Origin: Parachlamydiales bacterium
Lineage (GTDB): Bacteria; Chlamydiota; Chlamydiia; Chlamydiales; Parachlamydiaceae
Length of the DNA stretch: 52,469 bases
Assembly: GCA_020051075.1 (NCBI GenBank)
Contig: JAGVJP010000045.1
Span: 1-52,469 of the forward strand
Direction of reading: 5' to 3'
Shown: positions 22,147 to 32,080 of the stretch, one piece after another
Layout of the letters: every line of letters starts with the position of its first letter
Position numbering within the stretch: the stretch's first letter is position 1
Program-made: the position numbers and the translations under genes
Notes under the pieces: model-generated
What the model saw: the letters and a program-made list of their open reading frames with translations, nothing else
Databases searched by the model: none
What the model was told of the DNA's origin: nothing

Positions 22147-22824
22147 TTACTTTTGACTCTTCTTTTTTGTTGTTGACTTCTTTATAGATTGAGAAATGTA
22201 GACCAATCCATTACGAGGTCCAGGCACTTGACCTTTGACAATAATAAGATGATTTTCGGGATCTACTCTGACAACTTGCAGATTTTGAACAGTGACTTGT
22301 TTGTTGCCCATTTGTCCCGCTTTTTTTCCACCAGGAAGGCCACGCCCAGGTGTGGAACGCATCCCAGTCGAACCAGCATGACGATGAAATCCAGATCCAT
22401 GAGAGGCTGGACCACCAGCAAAGTTATGGCGTTTCATGACCCCTTGGTATCCTTTACCTTTCGAGATCGCTGTAGCATCGACAAATTCGATTTCGTTGAA
22501 ATGATCCACTGTGATTTCTTCTCCGACAGGAGGGGCATCTTTTGGATCTATTCTCGATTCATGAAGATGACGGCGAGGTTCGACACCTGCTTTTTTGAAG
22601 AGGCCTAGCTGAGGTTTATTTGTTCGTTTTTCAATAGTGTATTGAGACTTGCCAGGGACTTTCTCAAAAGCTAATTGGACGGCATCATATCCGTCATTTT
22701 CTTTTGTCTTGACTTGAGTCACTACATTCGGATCGGCATGGATCACTGTACACACGACTGCATTGCCTTTTTCATCAAAAAGCTGCATCATGCCGTGTTT
22801 TTTTCCCATCATTGTATACGCCAT
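22147..22824 (-). CDS. rplC: 50S ribosomal protein L3
   Basis: DGYDAVQL, SKGKGYQGVMKRHNF, SHGSGFHR; start taken at ATG 22824 after AAGGA. Confidence 0.98.
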   Translation of the reverse strand: MAYTMMGKKHGMMQLFDEKGNAVVCTVIHADPNVVTQVKTKENDGYDAVQLAFEKVPGKSQYTIEKRTNKPQLGLFKKAGVEPRRHLHESRIDPKDAPPVGEEITVDHFNEIEFVDATAISKGKGYQGVMKRHNFAGGPASHGSGFHRHAGSTGMRSTPGRGLPGGKKAGQMGNKQVTVQNLQVVRVDPENHLIIVKGQVPGPRNGLVYISQSIKKSTTKKKSQK

Positions 22825-23345
22825 AAGCACATAATCCTTAATCAAATTAATGATTGTTATTTAACTGTAAGCTTTCAGAGGAAGCTGGCATTTGCTTTTT
22901 CATTATGAGAGCATGTCAACGTTCTTTTGAAGTTCACTTAACCAAGTTCGAAGTTGCTATTTGCAGTTTTACTTTTAAACGGCTTTGAAGTAATCGTTCA
23001 GAGGCAATAGACCAATTGTTGTTTTGAAGGCTTATTTGAGAACTCTGCTAGACAGTGCGAACACTGTTTCCTTTGCAGATTGTATTTCATCTCATATTCA
23101 CCCAAAAACACTTCTCAGTTTATTTTCTGTGAACTTTACCTTTGCTACTGTGGTCAGTTACACACGAAATGTGTTCAGGCCAGAGTCAGCAAAGCAATTT
23201 CAGAGTACACGAGCATCAACTAAAATGCTAAAAGGGGAGATTATCAAATTACTGAATTTTCTACAACGATATTTTAGCAAAAAGCTGAATTTAGCAGTGA
23301 ACAAGCTCGCATCGTAGAGCAGAAAAGGTTGCACAAAACAAGATA

Positions 23346-23389
23346 AGCAAAAGGGACGAAACAGGATATCCTGTTTCGTCCCTTTTGCT
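23346..23389. repeat. 44-bp perfect palindrome of the ACAGGAT repeat family
   Basis: AGCAAAAGGGACGAAACAGGAT|ATCCTGTTTCGTCCCTTTTGCT; arm matches 26172-26193. Confidence 0.9.
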
Positions 23390-23392
23390 ATC

Positions 23393-23983
23393 CTATTCAC
23401 ACTGTTTTGCAGGAGCTTTTGTATTTATTGTTTTTTTCTGTTGGACTTGTTTCTTTTTTTTATTTGATTTCTCTTTTTTAGAGGGGACGTTGATGAGATC
23501 GCCCTCTTTCAAGTATCTTCGTTTTTTCCGGATAGATTGAATGTCAGCCTCTGGCAGAAAAGCAATTTGATTTGCAAGCTCATAAACTCGTGTTCCACTC
23601 ATGATCTGAAGCGTTCCTGGATTTTGCACAGCTCCCAAAATAGTGATTGTTAGCGGCGTTTTAGGAGGAACATAAACTGATTGTCCATCATATAATTTTC
23701 TACGGCTGTTAACTCTTGATAAGTCGGCGGAGGGGAGAGGATCTGCAAGTTCGATGAGATCTTTGAGTGTTGTATTTACATCCAATTCGTATGTCCCTGG
23801 CCGAAAGACTTCGCCTGTTATTGTCACTTGCAGCTGTGTAACAGGGTGATTTAATTCTTGGTTAGTGGTTTGGGATGCTGGATAAGACGGCTTCCGTAGC
23901 AGAGCAAAGCAAGCAAGCAGAGCTAAAATGCCGCAGAAGAGAATGATAATGCACCATTCGAAGAAGGGGAGTTTTGGGGTCAT
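23393..23983 (-). CDS. Membrane-anchored SLBB (beta-grasp) domain protein, ComEA N-terminal-like
   Basis: TM helix, then VTITGEVFRPGTYEL and ITILGAVQNPG repeats. Confidence 0.8.
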   Translation of the reverse strand: MTPKLPFFEWCIIILFCGILALLACFALLRKPSYPASQTTNQELNHPVTQLQVTITGEVFRPGTYELDVNTTLKDLIELADPLPSADLSRVNSRRKLYDGQSVYVPPKTPLTITILGAVQNPGTLQIMSGTRVYELANQIAFLPEADIQSIRKKRRYLKEGDLINVPSKKEKSNKKKKQVQQKKTINTKAPAKQCE

Positions 23984-24966
23984 TCAAGAAAAGCGGGCTT
24001 AGGGGTTTTAAGAAAAGCAATCAAACCTAAGAGTTTAGCCCAGAAAGCGAAAAAAGTAATGAAGCGAGGACTAGCCTTTCTTAAGATGGAGGTATTATAG
24101 ATAAATTCTGCTGCTGAGGCAACCAAGATCCATTTTGCATGAGAACGTTCTTCTGGATTTGTGTTGGATTCCATTAATGTGATGATGGATTGGATAAATT
24201 GCAGAGCAAAACCAATGCTCATTGAGGCACGCACATAATTGTCGAGAGTTCGAAAAGGAGAGTGTGAAGCTAGCGGAAATCGGTGTTGCACTTGTTTGAA
24301 AGAGGGGAGGTGGATCAGACGCCATTGATTGAGAAAGTCGGGGATACAGAGGATGTCAGCGATGATGAAGGCTGCGTCTGTAAGGGCGATGAGCCAATTT
24401 GTTTTTTTTAAAGGAATTCGCAGTCGTGCGAGGTCGATGTTTAATGGATCAACATCTGGGGGAATTCCTTCAGATCGGTTTATTAACCAAATTTCAAGAG
24501 CCTCACGCATTTTTTCTTCTGTAGAAAAAGCAATTTCCTCTTCTGCCATCAGCTCTAGAAAGGCTTTGAGAGAATGCCTTGCAAAATTTTGGGTTGGAAG
24601 ATTTCCTTCATTGAAACGCCAATTTTCATGAAGAACAGCAGTTAAGTTTTCGAGGAGGAGAGAGTCCTCGATTTGTTCATGGCAATAGGCATGCAGAAGA
24701 TAATGGGGCAAACGGCAAAATCCGTAGAAATCGAGGGTTTGAGAGTGATCTAGGACCTTGACAAGGCGAGGTAAATAGTTGGTCTCATAGGTTAAATTGA
24801 TCCCTTGGATGATTGAATGGACGAGGATGCAAGCTTTTTGCAAAGCATCAGGACTCGACGCAATTTGTTTCAGGTCGAAAACAGCGACCGAAAGAGAATA
24901 TTTTACAGTGTTCCAGCATGACGTGAGGCAGGAACAACCATCTAAACAGCCGATACGCATCATCAA
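23980..24966 (-). CDS. Hypothetical membrane protein
   Basis: 328-aa ORF with C-terminal hydrophobic segments; ATGA overlap with the next gene. Confidence 0.7.
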   Translation of the reverse strand: MMMRIGCLDGCSCLTSCWNTVKYSLSVAVFDLKQIASSPDALQKACILVHSIIQGINLTYETNYLPRLVKVLDHSQTLDFYGFCRLPHYLLHAYCHEQIEDSLLLENLTAVLHENWRFNEGNLPTQNFARHSLKAFLELMAEEEIAFSTEEKMREALEIWLINRSEGIPPDVDPLNIDLARLRIPLKKTNWLIALTDAAFIIADILCIPDFLNQWRLIHLPSFKQVQHRFPLASHSPFRTLDNYVRASMSIGFALQFIQSIITLMESNTNPEERSHAKWILVASAAEFIYNTSILRKASPRFITFFAFWAKLLGLIAFLKTPKPAFLE

Positions 24967-25094
24967 CCCATTGTGAATTTTAAAGTGAAGTATTGTGGCA
25001 TGTGATCAAAATAAAATCAAATTTCAAAGTATAAATTGGCAAGAATTATTTTTTTTTCTATAAGAGTTTGGTTTGGATTAATGGGGGCAAAAGC

Positions 25095-26123
25095 ATGCAT
25101 CTAGGTGTGGTTGGCATAAATCATAAATTGGCAGATCTCAAGTTGAGAGAACAATTGGCAAAAGCTTGTCAGAAGCTTTTTGGAAAATTTAACACTGTTG
25201 TTCATGACCATTACTTCGTCCTGCTTTCGACGTGCAATCGAACGGAAGTGTATTTCAGCTCTGAAGATCTTGCGAGTACGCACAGCTACATTTTCAGTTT
25301 GTTGCGTTCCGAAGTTGAAGAGGAATTTGATCATAAGCTCTACTCTTATTTTGGCGTCGATTGCTTTTATCATCTGACACGTGTAACGGCTGGTCTTGAT
25401 AGTGCAATCCTGGGAGAAACAGAAATTCAAGGACAAGTTAAAGCAGCGTATGAAGGTGCTGTGGAATATCTTGCACTTCCCAAAGAACTCCACTTTCTCT
25501 TCCAAAAATCATTGGGAATTGCTAAGAAAATCCGTTCAGATTTCGCCCTTGGAAGAGGGATGCCTAATTTAGAAGACGCCATCTATCAAACTGGACAACA
25601 TCTCTTCCATCAGCCCGAACAGGCCAATCTTCTTTTTGTTGGAGCATCCGAAATTAATCAGAAAATTTTGTCTTCTTTTAAGATGAAAGGTTTTCAAAAC
25701 ATGACGATATGTAACCGTTCAGAAACGCAATCTGCACAACTTGTTGAATTATTGGGGATTCGTCAATTGCCGTGGGAAAGACTTAACGAATGGAAGAGTT
25801 TTGACTGGATTGTTCTAGGAACCAAGTCGCCCGACTATCTTGTTAAGAAAGAGCCGGCTTTGAATTATATTGAGGAGCAAAAACTGGTGATTGATTTATC
25901 TGTTCCGCGAAACGTGGAACCTGCGGTTGGTCAGTATCGAAATATTACTCTGCTCAATATTGATGAGATTAATCGGATGTTGCAGATTCGGTGCCGCAAA
26001 ATGACCGAAGGACTTGTCGGAGTTGAACGGAAAATTTCTGAAGCAATCCAATATCACTCTTCCCGCTATCTAGATCGATCACAGTCAAAAATTGCGGTAT
26101 TGGCAGTCAGCCATTGCGGGTGA
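25095..26123 (+). CDS. hemA: Glutamyl-tRNA reductase
   Basis: [45 protein letters not shown]. Confidence 0.95.
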   Translation: MHLGVVGINHKLADLKLREQLAKACQKLFGKFNTVVHDHYFVLLSTCNRTEVYFSSEDLASTHSYIFSLLRSEVEEEFDHKLYSYFGVDCFYHLTRVTAGLDSAILGETEIQGQVKAAYEGAVEYLALPKELHFLFQKSLGIAKKIRSDFALGRGMPNLEDAIYQTGQHLFHQPEQANLLFVGASEINQKILSSFKMKGFQNMTICNRSETQSAQLVELLGIRQLPWERLNEWKSFDWIVLGTKSPDYLVKKEPALNYIEEQKLVIDLSVPRNVEPAVGQYRNITLLNIDEINRMLQIRCRKMTEGLVGVERKISEAIQYHSSRYLDRSQSKIAVLAVSHCG

Positions 26124-26160
26124 AACACTGATATGCATGATTTCAACTATTCAGCTTGAA

Positions 26161-26417
26161 AAAACAGGATAAGCAAAAGGGACAAAACAGGATGGGCAAG
26201 ATCGCAAGCGGCAGGATAGGCAAGATAAACAAAAAAACAGGATGGGCAGGATCGCTTCGCGGCAGGATAGGTAGGATAATAAAGATAGGACAGAAAAAAC
26301 AAATATAGAAAAAAATAAAATATTTAAACCTATCCTATTTTTTCACATTATCTTTCCTATCCTGCCGCGAAGCGATCCTGCCCATCCTGTTTTTTCGTTT
26401 ATCCTGCTTATCCTGTT
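26161..26417. repeat. Largest copy of the ACAGGAT palindromic repeat, with a 40-bp perfect IR
   Basis: 26232-26271 AAAAAACAGGATGGGCAGGATCGCTTCGCGGCAGGATAGG is the exact reverse complement of 26356-26395; between convergent hemA and asnS. Confidence 0.9.
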
Positions 26418-26422
26418 GGGGG

Positions 26423-27826
26423 TTAGAAGTCGGCTTTGCCAGGAACACGGGGGAATGGGATCACGTCCCGGATGTTTTCCATCCCAGTTGCAAATTGGAT
26501 GAGTCGTTCAAACCCTACGCCAAAACCCGCATGGGGAACTGATCCATATTTACGCAATTCAAGGTACCACCAATAGTTTTCAAGAGGCAAGTTGACTTCT
26601 TTAAGTTTAGCTTCTAAAACATCGAGTCGTTCTTCTCGTTGACTTCCTCCGATGATTTCGCCGATTGCGGGGACGAGTACATCCATTGCCGCGACTGTTT
26701 TTCCATCATCATTGGCTCGCATGTAGAATGCTTTTATCTCTTTTGGATAATCGGATAGGATGACAGGTTTGGAGAAATGCTCTTCAGCTAAATAACGCTC
26801 ATGCTCTGATTGCAGGTCGAGACCCCATTTGACAGGGAATTGAAAAGATTTTCCGGATTTTTCTAAAATATCAATGGCTTGCGTGTAGGTGATCCGTTCG
26901 AAAGGGGTGTTGACCACATGATCCAGCCTTTTTAAGAGGCCCGGAGAAATCAGCTTATCGAAGAACTGCATATCTTCGTGGCATTCGTCTAACGTATATT
27001 TTAGCACATATTTCAAATAGGATTCGGCACAATCCATATCATCGTTTAGATCAGCAAACGCCATTTCTGGTTCTATCATCCAAAATTCAGCAAGGTGGCG
27101 CGACGTGTTTGAATTTTCAGCTCGAAAGGTTGGACCAAAAGTGTAGATGTCTGATAGTGCGCAAGCATAGATCTCTCCATTCAGTTGGCCTGAAACAGTG
27201 AGGTAGGCTGGCTTTGCAAAGAAATCTTGAGAATAGTCGATGTCCCCTTTCTCTGTTTTTGGAGCATGAAGAGGGTCGATTGTTGAAACGCGAAACATTT
27301 CCCCCGCTCCTTCACAGTCAGATGCTGTGATGATGGGAGTGTGGATGTATAAAAAACCTCGTTCTTGAAAAAATTTATGGGTCGCAAAAGACAGCGCGTT
27401 CCTGACTCTTGTCACTGCACCAAAAGTATTTGTTCGAGGCCTTAAATGAGCGATTGTCCGTAAAAATTCAAAAGAATGCCGTTTTTTTTGCAAAGGATAT
27501 TCTTCTGGCGGGCATTTGCCTATCAGAGTAACTTCAGAAGCTTGCATTTCTAGGGCCTGTCCTTGAGCTGGACTCTCGACAATTTTTCCACGTGCAACAA
27601 TAGAAGCGCCTGTTGATAGTTCTTCAATGAGAGCTGCGTAGCTGGGGATGTCCTGTTGGATGATCACTTGTAAGTTAGATAAAGTCGAGCCATCATTCAC
27701 TTCGATAAAGGAAAATGCTTTTTGATCCCGTATTGTTCTGACCCATCCTTTGACGGTCACTTCTTGTCCAATAAATGAATTTTTTGAGCCGTTATTGGCT
27801 CTTAGCTCGATAATTTTTGTTCTCAT
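26423..27826 (-). CDS. asnS: Asparagine--tRNA ligase
   Basis: [54 protein letters not shown]. Confidence 0.99.
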   Translation of the reverse strand: MRTKIIELRANNGSKNSFIGQEVTVKGWVRTIRDQKAFSFIEVNDGSTLSNLQVIIQQDIPSYAALIEELSTGASIVARGKIVESPAQGQALEMQASEVTLIGKCPPEEYPLQKKRHSFEFLRTIAHLRPRTNTFGAVTRVRNALSFATHKFFQERGFLYIHTPIITASDCEGAGEMFRVSTIDPLHAPKTEKGDIDYSQDFFAKPAYLTVSGQLNGEIYACALSDIYTFGPTFRAENSNTSRHLAEFWMIEPEMAFADLNDDMDCAESYLKYVLKYTLDECHEDMQFFDKLISPGLLKRLDHVVNTPFERITYTQAIDILEKSGKSFQFPVKWGLDLQSEHERYLAEEHFSKPVILSDYPKEIKAFYMRANDDGKTVAAMDVLVPAIGEIIGGSQREERLDVLEAKLKEVNLPLENYWWYLELRKYGSVPHAGFGVGFERLIQFATGMENIRDVIPFPRVPGKADF

Positions 27827-27839
27827 ATTTTTTTCCTGT

Positions 27840-28691
27840 TTATACAGCGAATTTTTTCAGTTGAGTGATTTCATGTTTCCAGGCCTCTTTTCCACCTGGT
27901 GTTTCTAAATACTTTGGTAAGTGGCGTGTGCGCTTGTCGGTCATTAAGAAGCGAAAAGAGTCCAAGCCAATTAGGCCCTGGCCGAGTTCAGCATGGCGAT
28001 CGACCCGCGACCCCAAACCTTTGACGGAATCGTTGACATGGAAGGCGTAGAGATGTTGTAAGCCGATGATTTTATCGAAGGAGTTTAATGTCTCATTCCA
28101 AGCATCAGGGGTGCGGATGTCATATCCGGCAACGAAAATGTGGCAAGTGTCGATGCAGACGCCGATGGGGATGTGATTTTTGAGTTTTTCAATGAGATAG
28201 GCAAGCTGATCGAAGGAATGTCCGACGGAAGATCCCTGCCCCGCTGTCGTTTCGAGCAGTAAGCGGCAGTGACCCTTTTCTAAAAGAGGGCGGCATTGCA
28301 TGAGGTTATCGACGATCCGGTCTAAGCATTCTTGGATATCGCCATCTAACGAAGCGCCTGGGTGAAAATTGAGGTAAGACACACCTAATTGCAAGCAGCG
28401 TTCGATCTCTTCGGCAAAAGCTTGGCGGCTTTTTGTTAAGATCTCTTCCCGGGGGCCTCCTAAATTAATTAAGTAGCTGTCATGGCTCATGAGATGTGAC
28501 AGCTTGGTCTCTTGCAGAGCCTCTTTCCATGCTGCTATGATTTCTTCGGTAAGGATGCGGCCTTTCCATTGTTTTTGGTTGCTTGTGAAAAACTGGATTG
28601 TCGTTGCGCCAATTTCTCTGCCCTCCAAGAGCGCATTTTGAACACCACCAGCAGCAGAGGTGTGAGCACCGATGAGAATTTCACTAGACAT
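27840..28691 (-). CDS. nfo: Endonuclease IV
   Basis: [51 protein letters not shown]. Confidence 0.97.
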   Translation of the reverse strand: MSSEILIGAHTSAAGGVQNALLEGREIGATTIQFFTSNQKQWKGRILTEEIIAAWKEALQETKLSHLMSHDSYLINLGGPREEILTKSRQAFAEEIERCLQLGVSYLNFHPGASLDGDIQECLDRIVDNLMQCRPLLEKGHCRLLLETTAGQGSSVGHSFDQLAYLIEKLKNHIPIGVCIDTCHIFVAGYDIRTPDAWNETLNSFDKIIGLQHLYAFHVNDSVKGLGSRVDRHAELGQGLIGLDSFRFLMTDKRTRHLPKYLETPGGKEAWKHEITQLKKFAV

Positions 28692-28810
28692 GTTTCTCCC
28701 TTATGGACATTTCTTGAAGGTGGATTTTATCATCAGGCAAGGTTGTTGACAAGGCTTATGCTGGCATCCGACGAATTTCTGTAATTTTTTCAGAATCGGC
28801 CTGAAAATTC

Positions 28811-28839
28811 TTGCTTCTTAATTTAAGAAAGGTTAATTT
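28811..28839 (+). promoter_or_regulatory. Probable sigma66/sigma70 promoter of tRNA-Leu
   Basis: TTGCTT-17 nt-TAATTT, ending 13 nt upstream of the tRNA. Confidence 0.45.
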
Positions 28840-28852
28840 TTTGTACTTTGCT

Positions 28853-28935
28853 GCTCGGATGGTGGAATGGTAGACACAAGGGACTTAAAATCCCTTGGGG
28901 GCAACCCCGTGAAGGTTCGAGTCCTTTTCCGAGCA
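28853..28935 (+). tRNA. tRNA-Leu(TAA), CCA not encoded
   Basis: Acceptor GCTCGGA/TCCGAGC+A; anticodon arm AGGGA-CTTAAAA-TCCCT; long variable arm GGGG-GCAA-CCCC; T-loop GGTTCGAGTCC. Confidence 0.97.
28882..28935 (+). repeat. attL: 54-bp direct repeat (3' part of tRNA-Leu)
   Basis: Identical to 52389-52442. Confidence 0.97.
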
Positions 28936-28998
28936 TCTTTAATAATCAACGATTTACGTTGAGCTACATGACCTCCTAACCATTGAAATCAAACGACG

Positions 28999-29017
28999 TG
29001 GTCCACTAGTGGTCCAC
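28999..29017 (+). promoter_or_regulatory. Putative integrase arm-type binding sites (left)
   Basis: TGGTCCACTAGTGGTCCAC (11-bp period); near-identical TGGTCCACTGGTGGTCCAG at 52252-52270. Confidence 0.7.
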
Positions 29018-29042
29018 CTCGAAACAAATGGAGGTTGTTAGC

Positions 29043-30119
29043 ATGGCATCAATTCAAAAAAGAAGAAAAGCAAACGGTGAATTTTCCTATCGAGTTCGGA
29101 TAAGGGTTGAGGGAGCTCCTCTCATTACAGAAACTTATCCTACAAGAAAGGAAGCTCAAACTTTTGCTCGACGCATGGAGTCCGAAATTCGGGCTGGTCG
29201 ATATTTTGGAAGAGAAGAAGATAAAGAAAAAACTTTTTCAGAATTCATCGATAGATATATCGAGAATGAGCTTCCGAAGAACCCTAATGCATACAAGAAG
29301 CAAAAAATGATGTTAAGTTGGTGGAAAGAGCATCTAGGCCCTTACTATCTTTGTCACATAACATCACCAATGATCGCTGAACTTCGTGAAAAGCTTCTCA
29401 GTTCTATCACTTACCGTCATACTGTACGCACGGGATCATCGACTAATCGTTTTATCTCAGCTCTAAGCAGAGCCTTTAACGTTGCTGTGAAGGAGTGGAA
29501 CTGGATTAAAGAAAACCCTGTCGCCAAAATCACACGTCCTAAAGAAGGCAGGCCTCGTGAAAGATATCTTGAAAAGGAAGAGATCGATCGTCTTCTTGAA
29601 GAATGTCGCAAAAGCAAAAGTCCCCATCTTTACACAGTTGTGAGTTTGCTCCTAGCTACAGGAGCGAGAAAAGGCGAAGTTCTCGGCTTGGAGATTGGTG
29701 ATGTCGATTTCAATCGTGCGACAGTGACCTTCAGGAGAACAAAAAACGGAGAGACGAGAATCGTTCATTTAAGCTCCCAAGTTTTAGAGTTGCTGAAAAA
29801 TGAAAGAAAGAAACGTGCGGTGATTAGCGAATATTTCTTCCCAAGTGTTGACGGTACAAAACCGGCAGACATAAGAGATGCTTGGGAGAAAGCTGTACGA
29901 GATGCAGGATTGCAAAAAGATGTTTGTTTGCATACATTAAGACATACTGTAGCATCACATTTGAGTATGAAAGGATTTTCAGTTTTAGAGATAGGAAATA
30001 TATTAGGCCATAAGTCTATGTCGATGGTGAAGCGTTACAGTCACATGTCAACCGCATCAACTGCAAAGCCGCTTAATATGTTAAATGAAGAAATTTTAGG
30101 AAGTTTAGCATATGGCTAA
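29043..30119 (+). CDS. int: Tyrosine recombinase / phage-type integrase
   Basis: Full catalytic set: GARKGE (R), RTKNG (K), HTLRH, LGHKS, RYSH (Y); N-terminal arm-binding-like MASIQKR...YRVRIR; SD GGAGG. Confidence 0.96.
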   Translation: MASIQKRRKANGEFSYRVRIRVEGAPLITETYPTRKEAQTFARRMESEIRAGRYFGREEDKEKTFSEFIDRYIENELPKNPNAYKKQKMMLSWWKEHLGPYYLCHITSPMIAELREKLLSSITYRHTVRTGSSTNRFISALSRAFNVAVKEWNWIKENPVAKITRPKEGRPRERYLEKEEIDRLLEECRKSKSPHLYTVVSLLLATGARKGEVLGLEIGDVDFNRATVTFRRTKNGETRIVHLSSQVLELLKNERKKRAVISEYFFPSVDGTKPADIRDAWEKAVRDAGLQKDVCLHTLRHTVASHLSMKGFSVLEIGNILGHKSMSMVKRYSHMSTASTAKPLNMLNEEILGSLAYG

Positions 30120-31002
30120 AAAGCTCGTTTTGCCTGAATATGATTTATCTATCGATCTTGAAGACGCTGGTTTTAACCAGCGTCTTTCTTATGAGACTTT
30201 TTTAGAGTATTTCAAGTCAATTCCTGTAAGAGATTTAGAAGTCTCAATTAAAAAATTTGACGATGAAAGGGAGAAAGTGAATCAGGTTTTAAAAAAGTCT
30301 ATTCCCATTCTTAGAGAACAACCTTTACTGGCAGCATTTTTACTTTGGTGCAAGCGCAACTATGTCAAAAAAGGATTTCCTGATTATCCTAAAATGCTCA
30401 TTGATGAGCATATCATTTCTTTTGAGGATGAAAATGGAGACTTATTGGTTATCAAAAATATTCAGAAAAAATATCTCCTAAATATCATTGAAAACATGAG
30501 ATGCAGAAAAGATTTAGATAGCTTTAAGATTGAGATGCTTGTCCTCACTTTCATGGAATTTATCAGATGGATGTTTATCACAACTCGCATGTTCACTTTT
30601 GAAATCGAAGATCCGGATAGGAGTAGGATATCTAGACGAGCGTTAGAATATGATGAGTATATTACGTTCATTTCTAAATTGGACGATAAATGTAGACTTG
30701 TTGCTAAACTTCTCTTTTTTGGTGGCAGCAGAACTCTTTCAGAAATCCTAAATATTGAAGTGAAGGATGTCAACTTCCAAGACTGTTCTATCAGCTTTGA
30801 ATCATATAAAATATCATACCCAAAACATGTTTTAGAGGACATTAGAAGTCTTTCTATAACCTCAGAAACCGGAAAAATCTTTTCTGGTCGGAAAAATGCT
30901 GCATTGAATCCCGCAACCATTTTTCGAAAATTCAAAGAAGTGTCTTTACAACTTGGTTTGGACCCTGTTTACACGCCAAAAATTTTAACAACCGATATTT
31001 AG
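30112..31002 (+). CDS. Tyrosine-recombinase-fold protein lacking HxxR and the catalytic Tyr
   Basis: LVAKLLFFGGSRTLSEILNIEVKDVNF (box I-like); ends at YTPKILTTDI where TPHxLR...Y is expected; 8-nt overlap with int. Confidence 0.7.
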   Translation: MAKKLVLPEYDLSIDLEDAGFNQRLSYETFLEYFKSIPVRDLEVSIKKFDDEREKVNQVLKKSIPILREQPLLAAFLLWCKRNYVKKGFPDYPKMLIDEHIISFEDENGDLLVIKNIQKKYLLNIIENMRCRKDLDSFKIEMLVLTFMEFIRWMFITTRMFTFEIEDPDRSRISRRALEYDEYITFISKLDDKCRLVAKLLFFGGSRTLSEILNIEVKDVNFQDCSISFESYKISYPKHVLEDIRSLSITSETGKIFSGRKNAALNPATIFRKFKEVSLQLGLDPVYTPKILTTDI

Positions 31003-31095
31003 ACAATAACCTGCCGTGAAACTCACGATATGTTATTGCAAGAAATGTTGAAACGTGTTAACTTGCCTCTTGATTTCATGCGTTAGGAGGTAAAC

Positions 31096-31290
31096 ATGCA
31101 GCAAATAGAACAACTTATGGAGTTACGAGAGTATTGTCGTACACACAAGTGGCCACGGCTCCCTCAATGGCAGCACTGGATATATTCTCGAAATCCCATT
31201 GCGATTTCGTGTGTTAAAAAGGTTGGCGGTCGATATATAATTAACTTAGAAGCCTTTCAAAATCACATTCAGAATGCCACAATCGATTAG
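31096..31290 (+). CDS. Small excisionase-like DNA-binding protein
   Basis: 64 aa; strong SD AGGAGG; wing-like VKKVGGRYIINLEAF. Confidence 0.6.
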   Translation: MQQIEQLMELREYCRTHKWPRLPQWQHWIYSRNPIAISCVKKVGGRYIINLEAFQNHIQNATID

Positions 31291-31302
31291 GATGCGGGTC
31301 AC

Positions 31303-31491
31303 ATGGATGAAGTGCTAGAATCTCTCAATGCTCCATTCTCTAAAGATTGCGAAACAATGGATTCAGATAGAACGCTAAAGAGCGTTAATGTTTTTCAAAG
31401 TACTGCTGAGGATTTGAGAAAAAATTACAAACTTGCCGACATTTATTTAATTTGGAGTTTAGGGGTTCTAGAGTTACTGAGAAAGGACTGA
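31303..31491 (+). CDS. Small hypothetical protein
   Basis: 62-aa ORF 12 nt after the previous gene; no motif recognised. Confidence 0.35.
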   Translation: MDEVLESLNAPFSKDCETMDSDRTLKSVNVFQSTAEDLRKNYKLADIYLIWSLGVLELLRKD

Positions 31492-31603
31492 CTAAACGTA
31501 ATCTATTTAAGTAAAAGAACTTGCAAAAATTTAAGAGATGAAAGAAAATCAAAAAATTAACTTGATAAATAGGGGAGAAGAAAACGGAAAATGGTTAGAG
31601 ATC

Positions 31604-31670
31604 AAAAAAAGCCAAAAAGGACTGCCATCCTTTTTGGCCCAATGAGTGTGTAGTTACAGCACTTTTTTGT
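31604..31670 (-). ncRNA. Predicted ~65-nt counter-transcribed antisense RNA in the leader of the replication operon
   Basis: Minus-strand promoter TTGTAT(31705-31700)-17-TATATT(31682-31677) with TG extension; terminator GCCAAAAAGG/CCTTTTTGGC plus 7 U. Confidence 0.55.
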
Positions 31671-31807
31671 GATCTCAATATATCAAAAGAGTAAATTTTA
31701 TACAAACAGTTGTTTGGTATTCAACCATTTAGGATATATTAGTCGAATAGATGAATATCTCTAACCGTTTTCTTCTCAAGAGGTTAAAAATCTCTTAAGA
31801 GGAGACA

Positions 31808-32080
31808 ATGTCAGAAAATCAAAAGTCTATAAGCGACATTTTCAAAGCTCGCTTGCCTGATAAGGAATTTATTTCCGTCTCAGAAATAGTGAAATCTGGA
31901 TTATTCAGATCACCAAACACAGTCTGGACATTACTACGGGCAGGTGTCTTGCCCTATTTACGAGCAAGCAAAAACACAACAACAATTCCGAAAGCGGCTC
32001 TAATACAATATATAGAACAATCCTACTCTGAATCCAGAGGACATTCATTGGGGGAGAATATCAATGAATTTGAGAATTGA
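31808..32080 (+). CDS. HTH (excisionase/AlpA-like) DNA-binding protein
   Basis: FISVSEIVKSGLFRSPNTVWTLLRAGVLPYLR...IPKAALIQYI; SD GAGGAG. Confidence 0.7.
   Translation: MSENQKSISDIFKARLPDKEFISVSEIVKSGLFRSPNTVWTLLRAGVLPYLRASKNTTTIPKAALIQYIEQSYSESRGHSLGENINEFEN

Noticed and set aside
11036..22608. Many plus-strand ORFs over the ribosomal operon
   Set aside because: Antisense shadows of conserved genes, with no motifs.
10424..22824. Missing rpsJ, rpsN, rpmD, adk, infA, rpmJ and rpsD as gene loss
   Set aside because: This matches the usual chlamydial arrangement of the operon, so it is not novel; it is only a taxonomic clue.
23024..23400. Short ORFs upstream of rplC
   Set aside because: No SD or motifs; they overlap a palindromic repeat and the probable leader RNA.
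26161..26417. CRISPR array in the ACAGGAT repeats (also 34657-34888 and 706-831)
   Set aside because: Repeats are inverted, abutting or coding, with no unique spacers of regular length and no cas genes.
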